In this document: positions 18,832 through 28,849 of the stretch, in pieces | Layout: every line of letters starts with the position of its first letter | Numbering within the stretch: the first letter of the stretch is position 1 | Assembly: GCA_965207035.1 (NCBI GenBank) | Contig: OZ242259.1 | Span: forward strand, 3,117,329 to 3,181,328 | Origin: Bryobacterales bacterium | GTDB taxonomy: Bacteria > Acidobacteriota > Terriglobia > Bryobacterales > UBA6623 | Direction of reading: 5' to 3' | Length of the DNA: 64,000 nucleotides | Translations under genes and position numbers: made by a program | The notes under the pieces: generated by a model | What the model was told of the DNA's origin: nothing | Databases searched by the model: none | Seen by the model: only the letters and a program-made list of their open reading frames with translations

Positions 18832-19821
18832 ATGATTGAACTAGAAAACGACACACTCCGTTTCAGGTTCCCGGAGGTTCACCAAGATGCCCGTTGCGAG
18901 GTCAGCTTCTTCAGGACCCTCAGGATTCCCGACGACAACCGCGAGTATCCGCTTCCGCCAGGATTCTCGAGCTTCCCGCTCAAGCATGTCGATGACTACA
19001 CAAGCAACGCCCCGGAATCCTGGGGCCGCCACGGAGGAGTCTTCATGCCCATGCACCAGGCGGAGGCCATGTGGATGTCATTCTCCGGACGTTATCCGAT
19101 GGCATTCAAGATTGCCGCCGGAAAGGTCTCCGCCCTGACTGGTGAGCCTTGGCAGGACGACCTCTGCGAGAGGCCAGACCAAGACTACGTGGTGATTCCG
19201 GAACAGCCCTGGCTGGACGGTTTCTTCGCAGGCAAGGGCCTGATCCGGCAATTCGTTGCAATGCCGCTCGGCGAGGGCTACACGGCTGAGGAGCAGCTCA
19301 CCGGGAGGGGAGAGCACGGTGGCCTACAGATCATTGCCTACCCAATGAAGGCTGCGGAGTACGAACAGCTGATGCGGCGTGAGACCCACTTCGAAGCGCG
19401 CTCAGTGATGTGTGCGGCATTGGCAAGCAAGCCGGAGATGGGGCTTGCGCCGGGTGGCATGATGCGGCAGGAGATCTACGAAGATCCGTACGGATTCAAT
19501 GTTTGGGATCGGTCCGAGAGTTCGCGCTGCTTCGTGCATATTCTCAACAGCTTGCAGTACTTCTCAGTAACCAACGAAAAGCCTCCGACTCGACCTCCGA
19601 CCGCGCAGGAGTACACCGACGCAGGCCTTCCGTGGTTCGATTACTATGACGCTGACCGCAAGGCTTTGGCTGCGACTACCAAGCTCTCGAAGCTGGAGAG
19701 CGTCTCAACCCTGAAGTCCAAGCAGCGGCGGGATGACTTGCCGGACAACGAACCTGTATTCCCGGAAAAAGTGATCAAGCTGTCCAGGCACGGTCCGGTT
19801 GTCAGGGAAGGCGATTTCTAG
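18832..19821 (+). CDS. Conserved hypothetical protein (329 aa), soluble
   Basis: Long ORF with RBS (AAGGAGG region); motifs RTLRIPDD...YPLPPG, PMHQAEAMWMSF, QPWLDG, QFVAMPLG.GYTAEEQLTG, GLPWFDYY. No function can be assigned. Confidence 0.85.
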   Translation: MIELENDTLRFRFPEVHQDARCEVSFFRTLRIPDDNREYPLPPGFSSFPLKHVDDYTSNAPESWGRHGGVFMPMHQAEAMWMSFSGRYPMAFKIAAGKVSALTGEPWQDDLCERPDQDYVVIPEQPWLDGFFAGKGLIRQFVAMPLGEGYTAEEQLTGRGEHGGLQIIAYPMKAAEYEQLMRRETHFEARSVMCAALASKPEMGLAPGGMMRQEIYEDPYGFNVWDRSESSRCFVHILNSLQYFSVTNEKPPTRPPTAQEYTDAGLPWFDYYDADRKALAATTKLSKLESVSTLKSKQRRDDLPDNEPVFPEKVIKLSRHGPVVREGDF

Positions 19822-19926
19822 GTCGCCAGACCACACTCAGCAAGACCCTGATAGGCAAAGACCAGAAGTTTCCAGAAACCGTAGGCCAAATCGCTGGCTA
19901 TCCCTTCGGCCCCTCGCCGCCGGGCA

Positions 19927-21396
19927 TCAATAGCTATCTACGCGCTGGCGCATCTCTGCAACGAAGGCAGGATCAAGCAACGGGTCGTTCGTCGTGCGAC
20001 GCCAGTCGTCCAAGGCCGCCTGCAATCGTTCCAATGTCGCTGTGTGTTCCGGATCACCGGCGAGATTCCGGAACTCCCAGGGATCTTCATCCAGGTCGTA
20101 CAGTTCAAACTCCGGAGGATCGGCAAGGATGTCGAATGCGCGCCGCACGGGCGTCCCCTCGTAGCGTTGCTCTCGAGCCGTCACGTAGCCCGGATCACCA
20201 TCAATGCCGGTTCTGGCGCTCCCGGTCCCCGCCAGCAGATTGTGAATCAGCTTGTACTGGTGGTCCCGAATGGCGCGCCGGGGAAACCATGGCGGCCCAT
20301 GCATATGAAACTCCCCGACAAGGTATTCGCGCCAAGCCGCATCGGGGTCCTCCAGAACCGGCCTCAGCGACATCCCCTGCATCTCGACAGGAGGGATCGC
20401 TCCTGTTGCATCCAGGATCGTGGGCAGGATATCGACGGTCGAGACCATCGCCTCGCTTCGCGCGGGCTGCGAGACGCCTGGCCAGCGCACTAGGAATGGA
20501 ACACGCAAGCCGCCCTCGTAGACCGTTGTCTTGCCGCGGTCGAACGGCGGCCCGTGGTCGCCAGTGAATATCACCAGCGTGTCGCCGGAGTGGCCCTTTC
20601 GCTCGAGCGCGTCAAGAAGCAGACCGATACCGATGTCGACGCGCCGGACTTCGTTGTAGTAGCCGGCCACTCGCTCGCGCTGCTCCGGCGTATCAATCCT
20701 TTGGAATGGAAACACCGTCTTCTCGCTTGGCTCGACCAGGGTTGGAGGAATGCCGTTGACTTGGTCCATGAAAGTCCAGTCACCAATCACCTCCCTCGTC
20801 TGCGGATCTCGCTCGCGGGAGGCGTGAGGATCGGTGTAGTTCACCATCAAGAAGAAGGGGGCGTCCTCCCCGCTGCCAATGAACTCTTCGGCGCCCTCGG
20901 CTATCCCCTTCACGTCGCGGCCGTTCACCCTCAATCGGGCGTCCCACTGGAACTTCTCTTCCGGGGCGACGTGCAGCTTCCCGATGATGCCGGTTCGATA
21001 GCCGGATCGCTTGAGGATGTTTGGAATCGTGGCGTCGTGCAAGTGCGGGTGCAGGCTGAAGTCCGAGGCGTTGGTCAGCCCGAACTGCCCATTGCTGTGC
21101 ACATAGAGACCCGTGAACATGGCGCTGCGGGACGGGCTGCACGACGCTTGCGCCACGTAGGCGACCTCGAACTGGACGCCGCTGGCAGCAAGGGCGTCCA
21201 GGTTTGGGGTGTTGATGACACTGTCGCCGTAGGCGCTCAGTTGCAGGCCGAGATCATCGGCCGTGATGAGCAGGACGTTGAGCCGCGACGGTGCTTCGGC
21301 CGGCTCGTGCGAGCAACCGATCGATCCCAGCAGCAAGATTGCCAGCGCAATTCGCCGTGTCGCTGACAGGATTTCCCAAGACCGTTGATCCCGCAT
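19927..21396 (-). CDS. Sulfatase (N-sulfoglucosamine sulfohydrolase-like), lipoprotein
   Basis: NVLLITADD; formylglycine motif CSPSRSAMFTG; GKLHV; FTGDHG; lipobox-like SIGC. Confidence 0.93.
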   Translation of the reverse strand: MRDQRSWEILSATRRIALAILLLGSIGCSHEPAEAPSRLNVLLITADDLGLQLSAYGDSVINTPNLDALAASGVQFEVAYVAQASCSPSRSAMFTGLYVHSNGQFGLTNASDFSLHPHLHDATIPNILKRSGYRTGIIGKLHVAPEEKFQWDARLRVNGRDVKGIAEGAEEFIGSGEDAPFFLMVNYTDPHASRERDPQTREVIGDWTFMDQVNGIPPTLVEPSEKTVFPFQRIDTPEQRERVAGYYNEVRRVDIGIGLLLDALERKGHSGDTLVIFTGDHGPPFDRGKTTVYEGGLRVPFLVRWPGVSQPARSEAMVSTVDILPTILDATGAIPPVEMQGMSLRPVLEDPDAAWREYLVGEFHMHGPPWFPRRAIRDHQYKLIHNLLAGTGSARTGIDGDPGYVTAREQRYEGTPVRRAFDILADPPEFELYDLDEDPWEFRNLAGDPEHTATLERLQAALDDWRRTTNDPLLDPAFVAEMRQRVDSY

Positions 21397-21539
21397 TTCA
21401 ATAGACCCGTCCGAAGCTGGTGGCGCGCCTTGCCGGGTCGGACCACTGGCCCCCCGGCCCACATCCTATACGAGTTTATTGTCGCTACGCTTGGGGCGGA
21501 CTGGACAGACAGATCCCCGAGCGAGAGTTCGGCGGGCCT

Positions 21540-22415
21540 TCATGTGCCCGTCGGTGTCATCAGAGTTCCAGCCAACCCCTAGCCCGCGCCTTCATTGCGG
21601 AACATAACGTGTTCTTCCTGGTAGGAGTAGGGGCGCTTGGGTCCCCGCGAACGTGCTTGGCCAGGGTCTGTTTCCTGGCGCTTGATCGTTAGCGGGATCG
21701 AACGACCGCTTTGCATCCACTTGCCAACAATCTCCGACCCATCCTCGCTCAAGGTGCCCTCAAACGAAGCTGGCGGGGAGTTGAGTCTGAATCGGACTTT
21801 CTGTTCTTCTACCAGAATTTCAGCAATCTTCAGACCTGTGGCGCCCTGATCCAAACTGTCCAGCGTCCCTGTCAGGGTGCCTGATTCGTCAGCCTTGATT
21901 CTGAAGAGCAGCCTGAGTCTTGTCGCTCCAGCTTCAAGGCGCCCAAGCCAGAAACCACCCACCCCATCACCCTCGACTCCAATCAGCGGAAGAGGAGACG
22001 CCTGCCTGGCAACCAGTGCCGGATCGACGTCCCCTGAGCGATCGAGGCTGAACCTGAGCGAACCACCCCCTTGGGTGAAGTTACCACTGAGCCGCTCAGC
22101 ATCCTTTGATAGCTTGCCGTGGAACTGCGGGAATCCTGGAACCCCTTGCATCGAGAATGCAACACGACTGCCCTCGACTTCGATGTTCGAAAGTGCGAAG
22201 TCCCGAAGTCCCTGGGCTGGAATGCTGATTTCGCCGACCCAGGAGCCTTGCGATGTCTGAGCGAGTTCAACGGAGATCCCCAGATTGATTTCGGGCCCGT
22301 TGATACTGCCTTCCCAGTGCCCCTGGGGTGCAGCGTCCTGTGCGTTCGCGAATAGGCTAGTCGCGAGGATCGCACCGAGCACCTGGCCGGCCGCCAGTAC
22401 TGAAGCATTTATCAT
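21540..22415 (-). pseudogene. Secreted alpha/beta-hydrolase-type gene truncated before its catalytic domain
   Basis: Two repeated W.G.(I/L)...beta modules, then PKRPYSYQEEHVMFRNEGAG-TAG(21579)-GLAGTLMTP-TGA(21540). The motif after the stop matches the usual (T)LAGTLT.P entry into the hydrolase domain, which then decays. Confidence 0.65.
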
Positions 22416-22642
22416 TGTTTGTCTACCCTGGCTGGGCCTTTCCGACTTCCCGATCTATCCTCCCGAGGTATTCTAACAAGGCTCGCCGCAGGCTAGTCAT
22501 CCGGGTCTCGGGCGCGCCAAGGGCGGGCTTTTCGCGCCAGCACAGTGAGACTGAAAGTAGTGCCAGAACAGGGCGCTCATTCCTAGCAGGAGACAATATA
22601 TGAGCCGTTACGTTGGGGCGAGGCGCATCATCGGTCCCGCCG

Positions 22643-23338
22643 CTATAAGTGGAAGGTAGCTGGCATGTGCTGCAGGAATGCGGCCAGCCCGAACGACAGA
22701 CCTGCGGCGATGATCAGGATCATCGGCACGAGCACCGCGATAAGCCAGACTACGATCGCTGCGCCCGTTGTGATCCTGGCCAGGTCGCGGATGACTATGA
22801 CACTCAGCACGACCACGTAAATGCCCCCCGCTAGGCCACCGATGATGGGGACGATCCCCAAGGCTGAGGGAGCCATGGCAAACAGGAGCGCACGGAACCA
22901 ATTGGAATATGCCGGTACTTCGCTTGCGAAGAGGCGTGAGATCAAGCAATAAAGTCCCGCGTTGATCGCAATGTAGATGATCGAGAACGGGATCGTGACC
23001 ACGATAATCGGCAAGAGCAATAGGAATGCCGCGGCGTTAGCGACGCCCAGAACCAATAGGCCTTGTTTCGTGCTGTTCGGATCCGATGCGATCTCATCCG
23101 AAATCCCGGGTTCGAGTTTCAACATGGCGACGACGCGAGCCCACGTGGTACTTCCCCTGGCTTCCTGTCGAGCCTCGCGACGCACATCCTCCCGATACCT
23201 CTGCTCTTCCGCGGAGTGGATCTCCTCGGATCGGATTCGCTCCTTTTCGGCCTCGTTCAGCACGTTGCCCGCAGGAGCCTGCGACCCGGCATCGGATCCC
23301 TGCCCTTCGTCGCCAAGTCCTTCGCGTTCTTCGCTCAC
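22643..23338 (-). CDS. Yip1-domain membrane protein
   Basis: GTG start after GGAG RBS; five hydrophobic helices; WFRALLFAMAP...GIVPIIG pattern. Confidence 0.7.
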   Translation of the reverse strand: MSEEREGLGDEGQGSDAGSQAPAGNVLNEAEKERIRSEEIHSAEEQRYREDVRREARQEARGSTTWARVVAMLKLEPGISDEIASDPNSTKQGLLVLGVANAAAFLLLLPIIVVTIPFSIIYIAINAGLYCLISRLFASEVPAYSNWFRALLFAMAPSALGIVPIIGGLAGGIYVVVLSVIVIRDLARITTGAAIVVWLIAVLVPMILIIAAGLSFGLAAFLQHMPATFHL

Positions 23339-23840
23339 TTCATGTTCTCCTAGCTCCCAAGCTGACACGCCTCCAGAGACCGTCTGCCAAGGCCGTCCTA
23401 TTCTGTCACACGGGGATTCCCACCTTGTTCCCCGGCTCATGAACGCGAGTCGCCGACCCAGGTGTTAGCCGTCTGAGCGAGAGCCCATCTAAGGAGCTCT
23501 CAGCGAGGTGGATCCGCATCAGAATCGCCAATCCTGGCGATTGTTCCGTTGCAGGCCGGTTGCCGGGCGTCTTGGGGCGACCTCTCCTAAGGCGGAACTG
23601 CCAGCAGCGCATCCACCGCGCTGAGATGCCCGCCGCCAGCACAGAAGCTGTAGATCAGCGACAGTATCGTTTGCTCGGCGACAACAAACCAGAATCCTCA
23701 CACACAGTCATCAACCTGTCCAAACGTGTTCCCGCTGTCAGGAAAGGCGACTTCCAGATCGCTGGGTCACGCGCGGCATGACCCTGATTGCCAGAAACAA
23801 GACAGGAGCCTTCTCGCGGCACGCCATATCACATTTGGTC

Positions 23841-24392
23841 TCAGTCAGAGGCCGGACGCGGACCAACGGAGGAAGTGGCGCTTGGCTGATCGTAGACCTC
23901 CATCAGTGCCTTGTTCTCAACGGTGATCCTCATACGAATCAACAGCAGGTTCAGCGCGGATGCGACCAACGCCAGAGTCCACGCTCCGAAGATCAGCGGC
24001 ACGACGGCGATTTCGCCACAGACGATCAGATAGTTGGGGTGATTGACGAACCGGTATGGCCCGCGACGAATGCGCGTGGCGCCGGGAAGCACCATGACAC
24101 GGGTCGTCCATCGTGTACCCAAGGTCACGATCACCCAGAGTCGCCCGCATTGCAGCAGGCAAAAGAACGCGAGCAACGGAATCGAGACCGCGGCTCGGGG
24201 GTCAATCGTGACAAGGAGCGCCAGCAGCCATCCGGCGTGCAGGGCGACGAAGACGAAGTAGTGCCGCTCGCCAACTTCGATCGCACCCCGAGCCAGTAGC
24301 GCCCTGTGGTTCCGGCGCGCCAAGACGAGTTCCGCCAGCCGCTGGGCCACAAGGAAACCGACGACCGCATAGAGCGGGCTGATGACGGTCAC
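23841..24392 (-). CDS. Isoprenylcysteine carboxyl methyltransferase family protein (BpsB/SrsB-like)
   Basis: QRLAELVLARRN, GAIEVG..HY, TLGTRWTTRV, GPYRFVNHPNY, RITVENKAL; 4-bp overlap with the PKS stop. Confidence 0.9.
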   Translation of the reverse strand: MTVISPLYAVVGFLVAQRLAELVLARRNHRALLARGAIEVGERHYFVFVALHAGWLLALLVTIDPRAAVSIPLLAFFCLLQCGRLWVIVTLGTRWTTRVMVLPGATRIRRGPYRFVNHPNYLIVCGEIAVVPLIFGAWTLALVASALNLLLIRMRITVENKALMEVYDQPSATSSVGPRPASD

Positions 24393-25444
24393 GTTGATTG
24401 CAGGACCAGAAACGCAGCCGAAAAACCCGGTCCCAGGCTAGTCACCAAGTGGCGTTTCGGCGCCCTGTCTCCGAGGGCGCGCTTGAGAACGAACAGCACC
24501 GTTGCGGCGGACATGTTGCCGTAGTCGCGGAGAACGGCCCGGGACTCCTCGAGGCCGCCGGGCTGAAGGTCGAACGCAGCTTCGAGAGCCTCCAGCACCT
24601 TGGCTCCGCCGGGATGGCAGATGAAGCTGTCGATATCACGCAGCCCAAGGCCCTCGGAGGCCAGGAACTCTTCCGTCACACCGCGCATCCGCGTGCGGAC
24701 CAGGTCGGGAATGCTTCGAGAGAACACCACCGCCAGCCCGTCGTCCGCGACGTCCCATCCCATGATGTCGAGCGAGTCTGGCCACGTGTATTCGCCCCAT
24801 GCCGAGACCTCTGGTCCCGGTCCGTGGTCCGTTAGCACAGCCGCGGCGGCACCGTCGCGGAAGAGGGCCGTCGCCACCAGGTTTCGAACGGATCGATCGC
24901 GAGATCGAAACGTGAGTGTGCAGAGTTCGACGACAAGTAACAGAACGCGACTGCCCGGGCGGGCGCGCACGCATGCGGCGGCACGCGCCAGTCCCAGTAC
25001 GCCCCCAGCGCATCCCAGCCCGAAGATCGGCAATCTTTGCACATCGCGGCGGAAGGGCAGTTCGGCCATCAGCCTGGCGTCGAGGCTGGGTGTAGCGATG
25101 CCAGTCGTCGAAACGGTGACGATCAGGTCGATGTCTTCAGGTTCGAGATCTCCGGCAGCCAGGCATTCGACGGCGGCCTCCCTCAGCAGGGGAATCGCAT
25201 TCTCGAGGTAGAGACGGTTCTTTTCCTCAAAGCCATGCTCGCCGCTTTCGTACCAACTCCGGGGGGCGCAGACATATCCCGCCCCGATCGCGGCGTTGCT
25301 GAAGATGTCCAAGAGACTTCGGAGACCCGAAACGGCACCGGCAAAGAACGAGGCGCTGAAGTTCTTGACCTCGTCCTGGGTCATCCGGTTGCCCGGCACC
25401 GCCGTGGCGACCGACCTGATTCTAGGAGTCGGTTGAGAGGCCAT
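24389..25444 (-). CDS. Type III polyketide synthase (chalcone/stilbene synthase family, BpsA/SrsA-like)
   Basis: Catalytic triad contexts GLGCAGG (Cys), HPGG (His), GNMSAA (Asn); VELCTL; LGPGF. Confidence 0.95.
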   Translation of the reverse strand: MASQPTPRIRSVATAVPGNRMTQDEVKNFSASFFAGAVSGLRSLLDIFSNAAIGAGYVCAPRSWYESGEHGFEEKNRLYLENAIPLLREAAVECLAAGDLEPEDIDLIVTVSTTGIATPSLDARLMAELPFRRDVQRLPIFGLGCAGGVLGLARAAACVRARPGSRVLLLVVELCTLTFRSRDRSVRNLVATALFRDGAAAAVLTDHGPGPEVSAWGEYTWPDSLDIMGWDVADDGLAVVFSRSIPDLVRTRMRGVTEEFLASEGLGLRDIDSFICHPGGAKVLEALEAAFDLQPGGLEESRAVLRDYGNMSAATVLFVLKRALGDRAPKRHLVTSLGPGFSAAFLVLQST

Positions 25445-25886
25445 GGATCATAGTCACCTTCGAAGATGCCAACTGCAATGCGGTTGCAGTCCGAACGAGG
25501 CGAAGCCCATACGGACGCGGGTGGTTCATGCTGATTGAATCACAAACCCCAGGATCGAGTGTCTTGGTGCGGCGCGGCACGACCGCGCTCCATTGGACTG
25601 CGGTATCGATCGCCTGAACCATGAGAAACCAGTGAACCGCGAACAGCTGCATGGAATTTCGAGGTATGCACTGGGCCGGGCACCGATGGCTGGATGGCCG
25701 TCAGTCAATCTGCAGGGGACTACCAAGAAGAATCGGCTCGGAGATTTCATCAGGGAGAAGGATTTTGGGGCCGAACAGTGGCACCCGCGTCAGATAAGAG
25801 AGACTTTCGGTCCGGTTTGGCAACGCCATGAGGATCGTGGGGACGGCTCCGCTGGACTAGAATGATCCCAGACCTGCTGGGACTCC

Positions 25887-27332
25887 GTGATGCTCCGAGT
25901 GATTCGATTCCCGTCGCTCCTCGCCGGACTGCTGCTCTTCAGTAGCACCGCCGAACTCGGTGCCCAATTCCCTGACCAGGGACCAAGACTGCCCGGTGAC
26001 ACCGGAGGCAACGCCCCACTCCGCAGCGGTCTTCCGCAACCGGGCGCCAACATCGCTGCGACTGTGCGCACCGCGTTGTTCTCAAGGAGCGGCGCAGACC
26101 GGGACCGAGCGCTTCGTTTCCTGGTCGAACGCGGCAAGAAGGACGTGATCCCAGCTTTCATCGCCGTGCTGCGTCTGCTGCCCCCCGAACAGGCCGGCCC
26201 GGTGTTCGACGTGCTCCAACGCCTCGCCGGAGCCGAGATCCCGCGCAACTGGGAGGCATGGATCGAGTGGCAGGAGGAGCACGACGAAATCCGTCCCTAC
26301 CGGGGGTTCGACTCCCTCAAGGCGGAAATCCTCGCCCAGATCGACCCTAGATTCCGAAGCTTCCTCTACCAGGGGGTGCGGCACAAGATTCGCATCGAGG
26401 AGATCGTCTGGGGAGGCGTCAAGAAGGATGGGATCCCAGCGCTGGTGAACGCCAAACAGATCCCTGCAGCGGAAGCGACCTACCTTACCGACCGGGAACT
26501 GGTCTTCGGGGTCAGCATCAACGGCGATTCGCGCGCCTATCCGCTCCGCATCCTCGACTGGCACGAGATGTTCAACGACGTTGTGGGCGGCGTCCCGGTG
26601 TCCCTCGCCTATTGCACGCTCTGCGGGTCGGGCATCCTCTTCGACACCCGGGTCCGCGGCCGCCGGAAGCCGTTCGTCTTCGGCTCGTCCGGGCTTCTCT
26701 ACCGGTCGAACAAGCTCATGTACGACACCCAAACGAATTCGCTCTGGAATCAATTCACCGGGATGCCGGTGGTAGGGAAGCTCACCGGATCCAAAATCGA
26801 ACTCAAGATCCTGCCGGTGGTGATCACGAGCTGGCAGGACTGGCTCGCCGCCCATTCGGACACCACCGTGCTCTCCCTCGACACCGGCTTCGAGCGAGAC
26901 TACCAGCCCGGCCGACCCTACGGCGCGTACTTCGCCAGCCCCGATCTCATGTTTCCCGTGGTGATCCGGGACCGCCGTCTCGCGCCGAAGGACCGAATCT
27001 TCGTTCTGCGGGACGGCGACAACGAAATGGCCTGGGCCCTCGCTCTCTTCGAAGGAGGCACCGTCCTCCACGACCGGGTCGGACCGCGTGATGTAGTCCT
27101 CGTCGGGAACGCCGAGACGGAAACCGTGCGCGCCTACGAATCGGGAGGACGGACGTTCGTCGCCACTGAGGAGGATCCGTCTCGTCTGGCGAGCGAAGGA
27201 TCGCTATGGACCGTCACCGAGGACGCCCTCGCCGGACCGGCCGGCGAGAGCCTAGCCCGACTCCCAGGGCATGTCGCCTACTGGTTCGCCTGGCAGAGCT
27301 ACAAGGCAGGAAAGCCGGTGCGGGTGGAATAG
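25887..27332 (+). CDS. DUF3179 domain-containing exported protein with N-terminal helical extension
   Basis: WGGVKKDGIPAL, RAYPLRILDWHEMFND, YCTLCGSG, SGLLYRSNKLMYD.QTNSLWNQ, YWFAW; signal peptide. Confidence 0.88.
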   Translation: MMLRVIRFPSLLAGLLLFSSTAELGAQFPDQGPRLPGDTGGNAPLRSGLPQPGANIAATVRTALFSRSGADRDRALRFLVERGKKDVIPAFIAVLRLLPPEQAGPVFDVLQRLAGAEIPRNWEAWIEWQEEHDEIRPYRGFDSLKAEILAQIDPRFRSFLYQGVRHKIRIEEIVWGGVKKDGIPALVNAKQIPAAEATYLTDRELVFGVSINGDSRAYPLRILDWHEMFNDVVGGVPVSLAYCTLCGSGILFDTRVRGRRKPFVFGSSGLLYRSNKLMYDTQTNSLWNQFTGMPVVGKLTGSKIELKILPVVITSWQDWLAAHSDTTVLSLDTGFERDYQPGRPYGAYFASPDLMFPVVIRDRRLAPKDRIFVLRDGDNEMAWALALFEGGTVLHDRVGPRDVVLVGNAETETVRAYESGGRTFVATEEDPSRLASEGSLWTVTEDALAGPAGESLARLPGHVAYWFAWQSYKAGKPVRVE

Positions 27333-27576
27333 CAGCCCATCAGGACCGAGCCGGATCGTCAGCTACGCCAGGACAGTCCGGCGCTCGGACGGTGCTCTCG
27401 ACTGTCTTGAGGTCGACCTGACTCAAGAGGTTCCGATCGGCTGCCATGACTGTAAGAGATAGAGAGTTATTGATTGCCGGATATCGCTGAGCAAGCACGC
27501 CCTTCGATGCAGGCAGTGGGAGAAAAGGCTGCTTGAGCCTAAGACCATTAGCAGCCGGGATGTAAGTCTTCGGGTT

Positions 27577-27927
27577 CTACCGGGACCGTAGCAGTGCCGA
27601 CCAGAACAAGGCGAGCAGGATCAGGACGAACAGTGATCCAGTGACGATGATGAGTATGTTGATTCCGGATCGGGAGGATGGCTTCAGGAAGGAAGGATTG
27701 GAGTCCCATGGAACGAGCCAGCCAATCCGTACTCCAAGAATTCGAAGTCCGATAGAAGTGAGAGCGACCACTGCAGGAGCACATGCTCGCACCCATCCGA
27801 TCTCGGACACGAACAGGAACGGGCCGACAACGCAGGCAACAAGCAAGGCTCGCATCGGCAACGAGGTGGGCCAGTGCTTGGTCCTCCCTGGCAGATTCCC
27901 TCGTCCTGGCATTGCGTCCAGCCCCAT
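27577..27927 (-). CDS. Small hypothetical membrane protein
   Basis: Two to three hydrophobic segments; no recognisable family; start uncertain. Confidence 0.35.
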   Translation of the reverse strand: MGLDAMPGRGNLPGRTKHWPTSLPMRALLVACVVGPFLFVSEIGWVRACAPAVVALTSIGLRILGVRIGWLVPWDSNPSFLKPSSRSGINILIIVTGSLFVLILLALFWSALLRSR

Positions 27928-28073
27928 TCAACTCCATAGCTCGACAGTATCGGTCCGTCTCTGTTCCCAGGAATCGCAGCCAAACGTCACACGGCACAAG
28001 ACACGAAGGAAGATCAATCTCCACTTGCCGCGAGCAAATGGAACAGGCTGCCTGCTGAGAACCCGGGTTTGAA

Positions 28074-28709
28074 TCAATCGAGTTCCCTGACCTGTAGATT
28101 CCGATAGAAGACAGGCCATCCTTCTGACTGGAGGCAGATGTTGCCTTCAGTGGGTTCGAAATCGTGCCCTTCGTTCATCTTCTTGCCGTTGAGAGTTACG
28201 GTGACGATTCCACCGAGAGACTGGATCTCGATGCTTTCCCAATCTCCGAACGGCTTGCGGTTCTCGTGGACTGGGCCCCGATGAGCGCCGCTCACCCTGC
28301 CTCCACGCACACCGAACAAGCTGCCCGCTTCACCGTAGTGACCCTGGATTTCCAGGGATCGTGGCCAAGTCTCTTCAATCGTGCCCGCGTGAATGAAGTA
28401 GCCAGCGTTGGGATACCGAGGAGGCTGGTCCTTCCAGCCCTCCTTCTGGAAGCGCCATTCGGCGCGGAAGATGAAATTGCGGTACACCTTCTTGCTCCGC
28501 AGAAAGCCGTTAGGCTTGCCTGTGCAAACAATGACACGGTCCTTAACAGACCATGTGTCCGGGGCCGACCCTTCCACGGTCCAATGCTCGCTCACATGGG
28601 TAACGGGCGAAAGTGACACAAACCGTTCAGACTGAGCGGACAAGAGCGCAACGGAGCCAGCCAGAACACCTGTGGCCAAACCGAAACGCATCACATCGCT
28701 CGCATGCAT
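28074..28709 (-). CDS. DUF1080 (3-keto-disaccharide hydrolase-like) exported protein
   Basis: WSVKDRVIVC, YRNFIFRAEW, NAGYFI, LEIQG, GDWESIEI, GNICLQSEG..VFYRNLQV; signal peptide. Confidence 0.88.
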   Translation of the reverse strand: MHASDVMRFGLATGVLAGSVALLSAQSERFVSLSPVTHVSEHWTVEGSAPDTWSVKDRVIVCTGKPNGFLRSKKVYRNFIFRAEWRFQKEGWKDQPPRYPNAGYFIHAGTIEETWPRSLEIQGHYGEAGSLFGVRGGRVSGAHRGPVHENRKPFGDWESIEIQSLGGIVTVTLNGKKMNEGHDFEPTEGNICLQSEGWPVFYRNLQVRELD

Positions 28710-28849
28710 CCAAAACCTCTAGCTTCGAGTTGCCCAACCCTCGCGGAATCCCGTAGCGGCACGAAGATCCGGTCTGGCTCTACCAAGCGCGATGGTAAGC
28801 TGAGCAGCGACTGAATGCAAGCCGCAGGTTTCTTTCAGCAGAGACCGAA

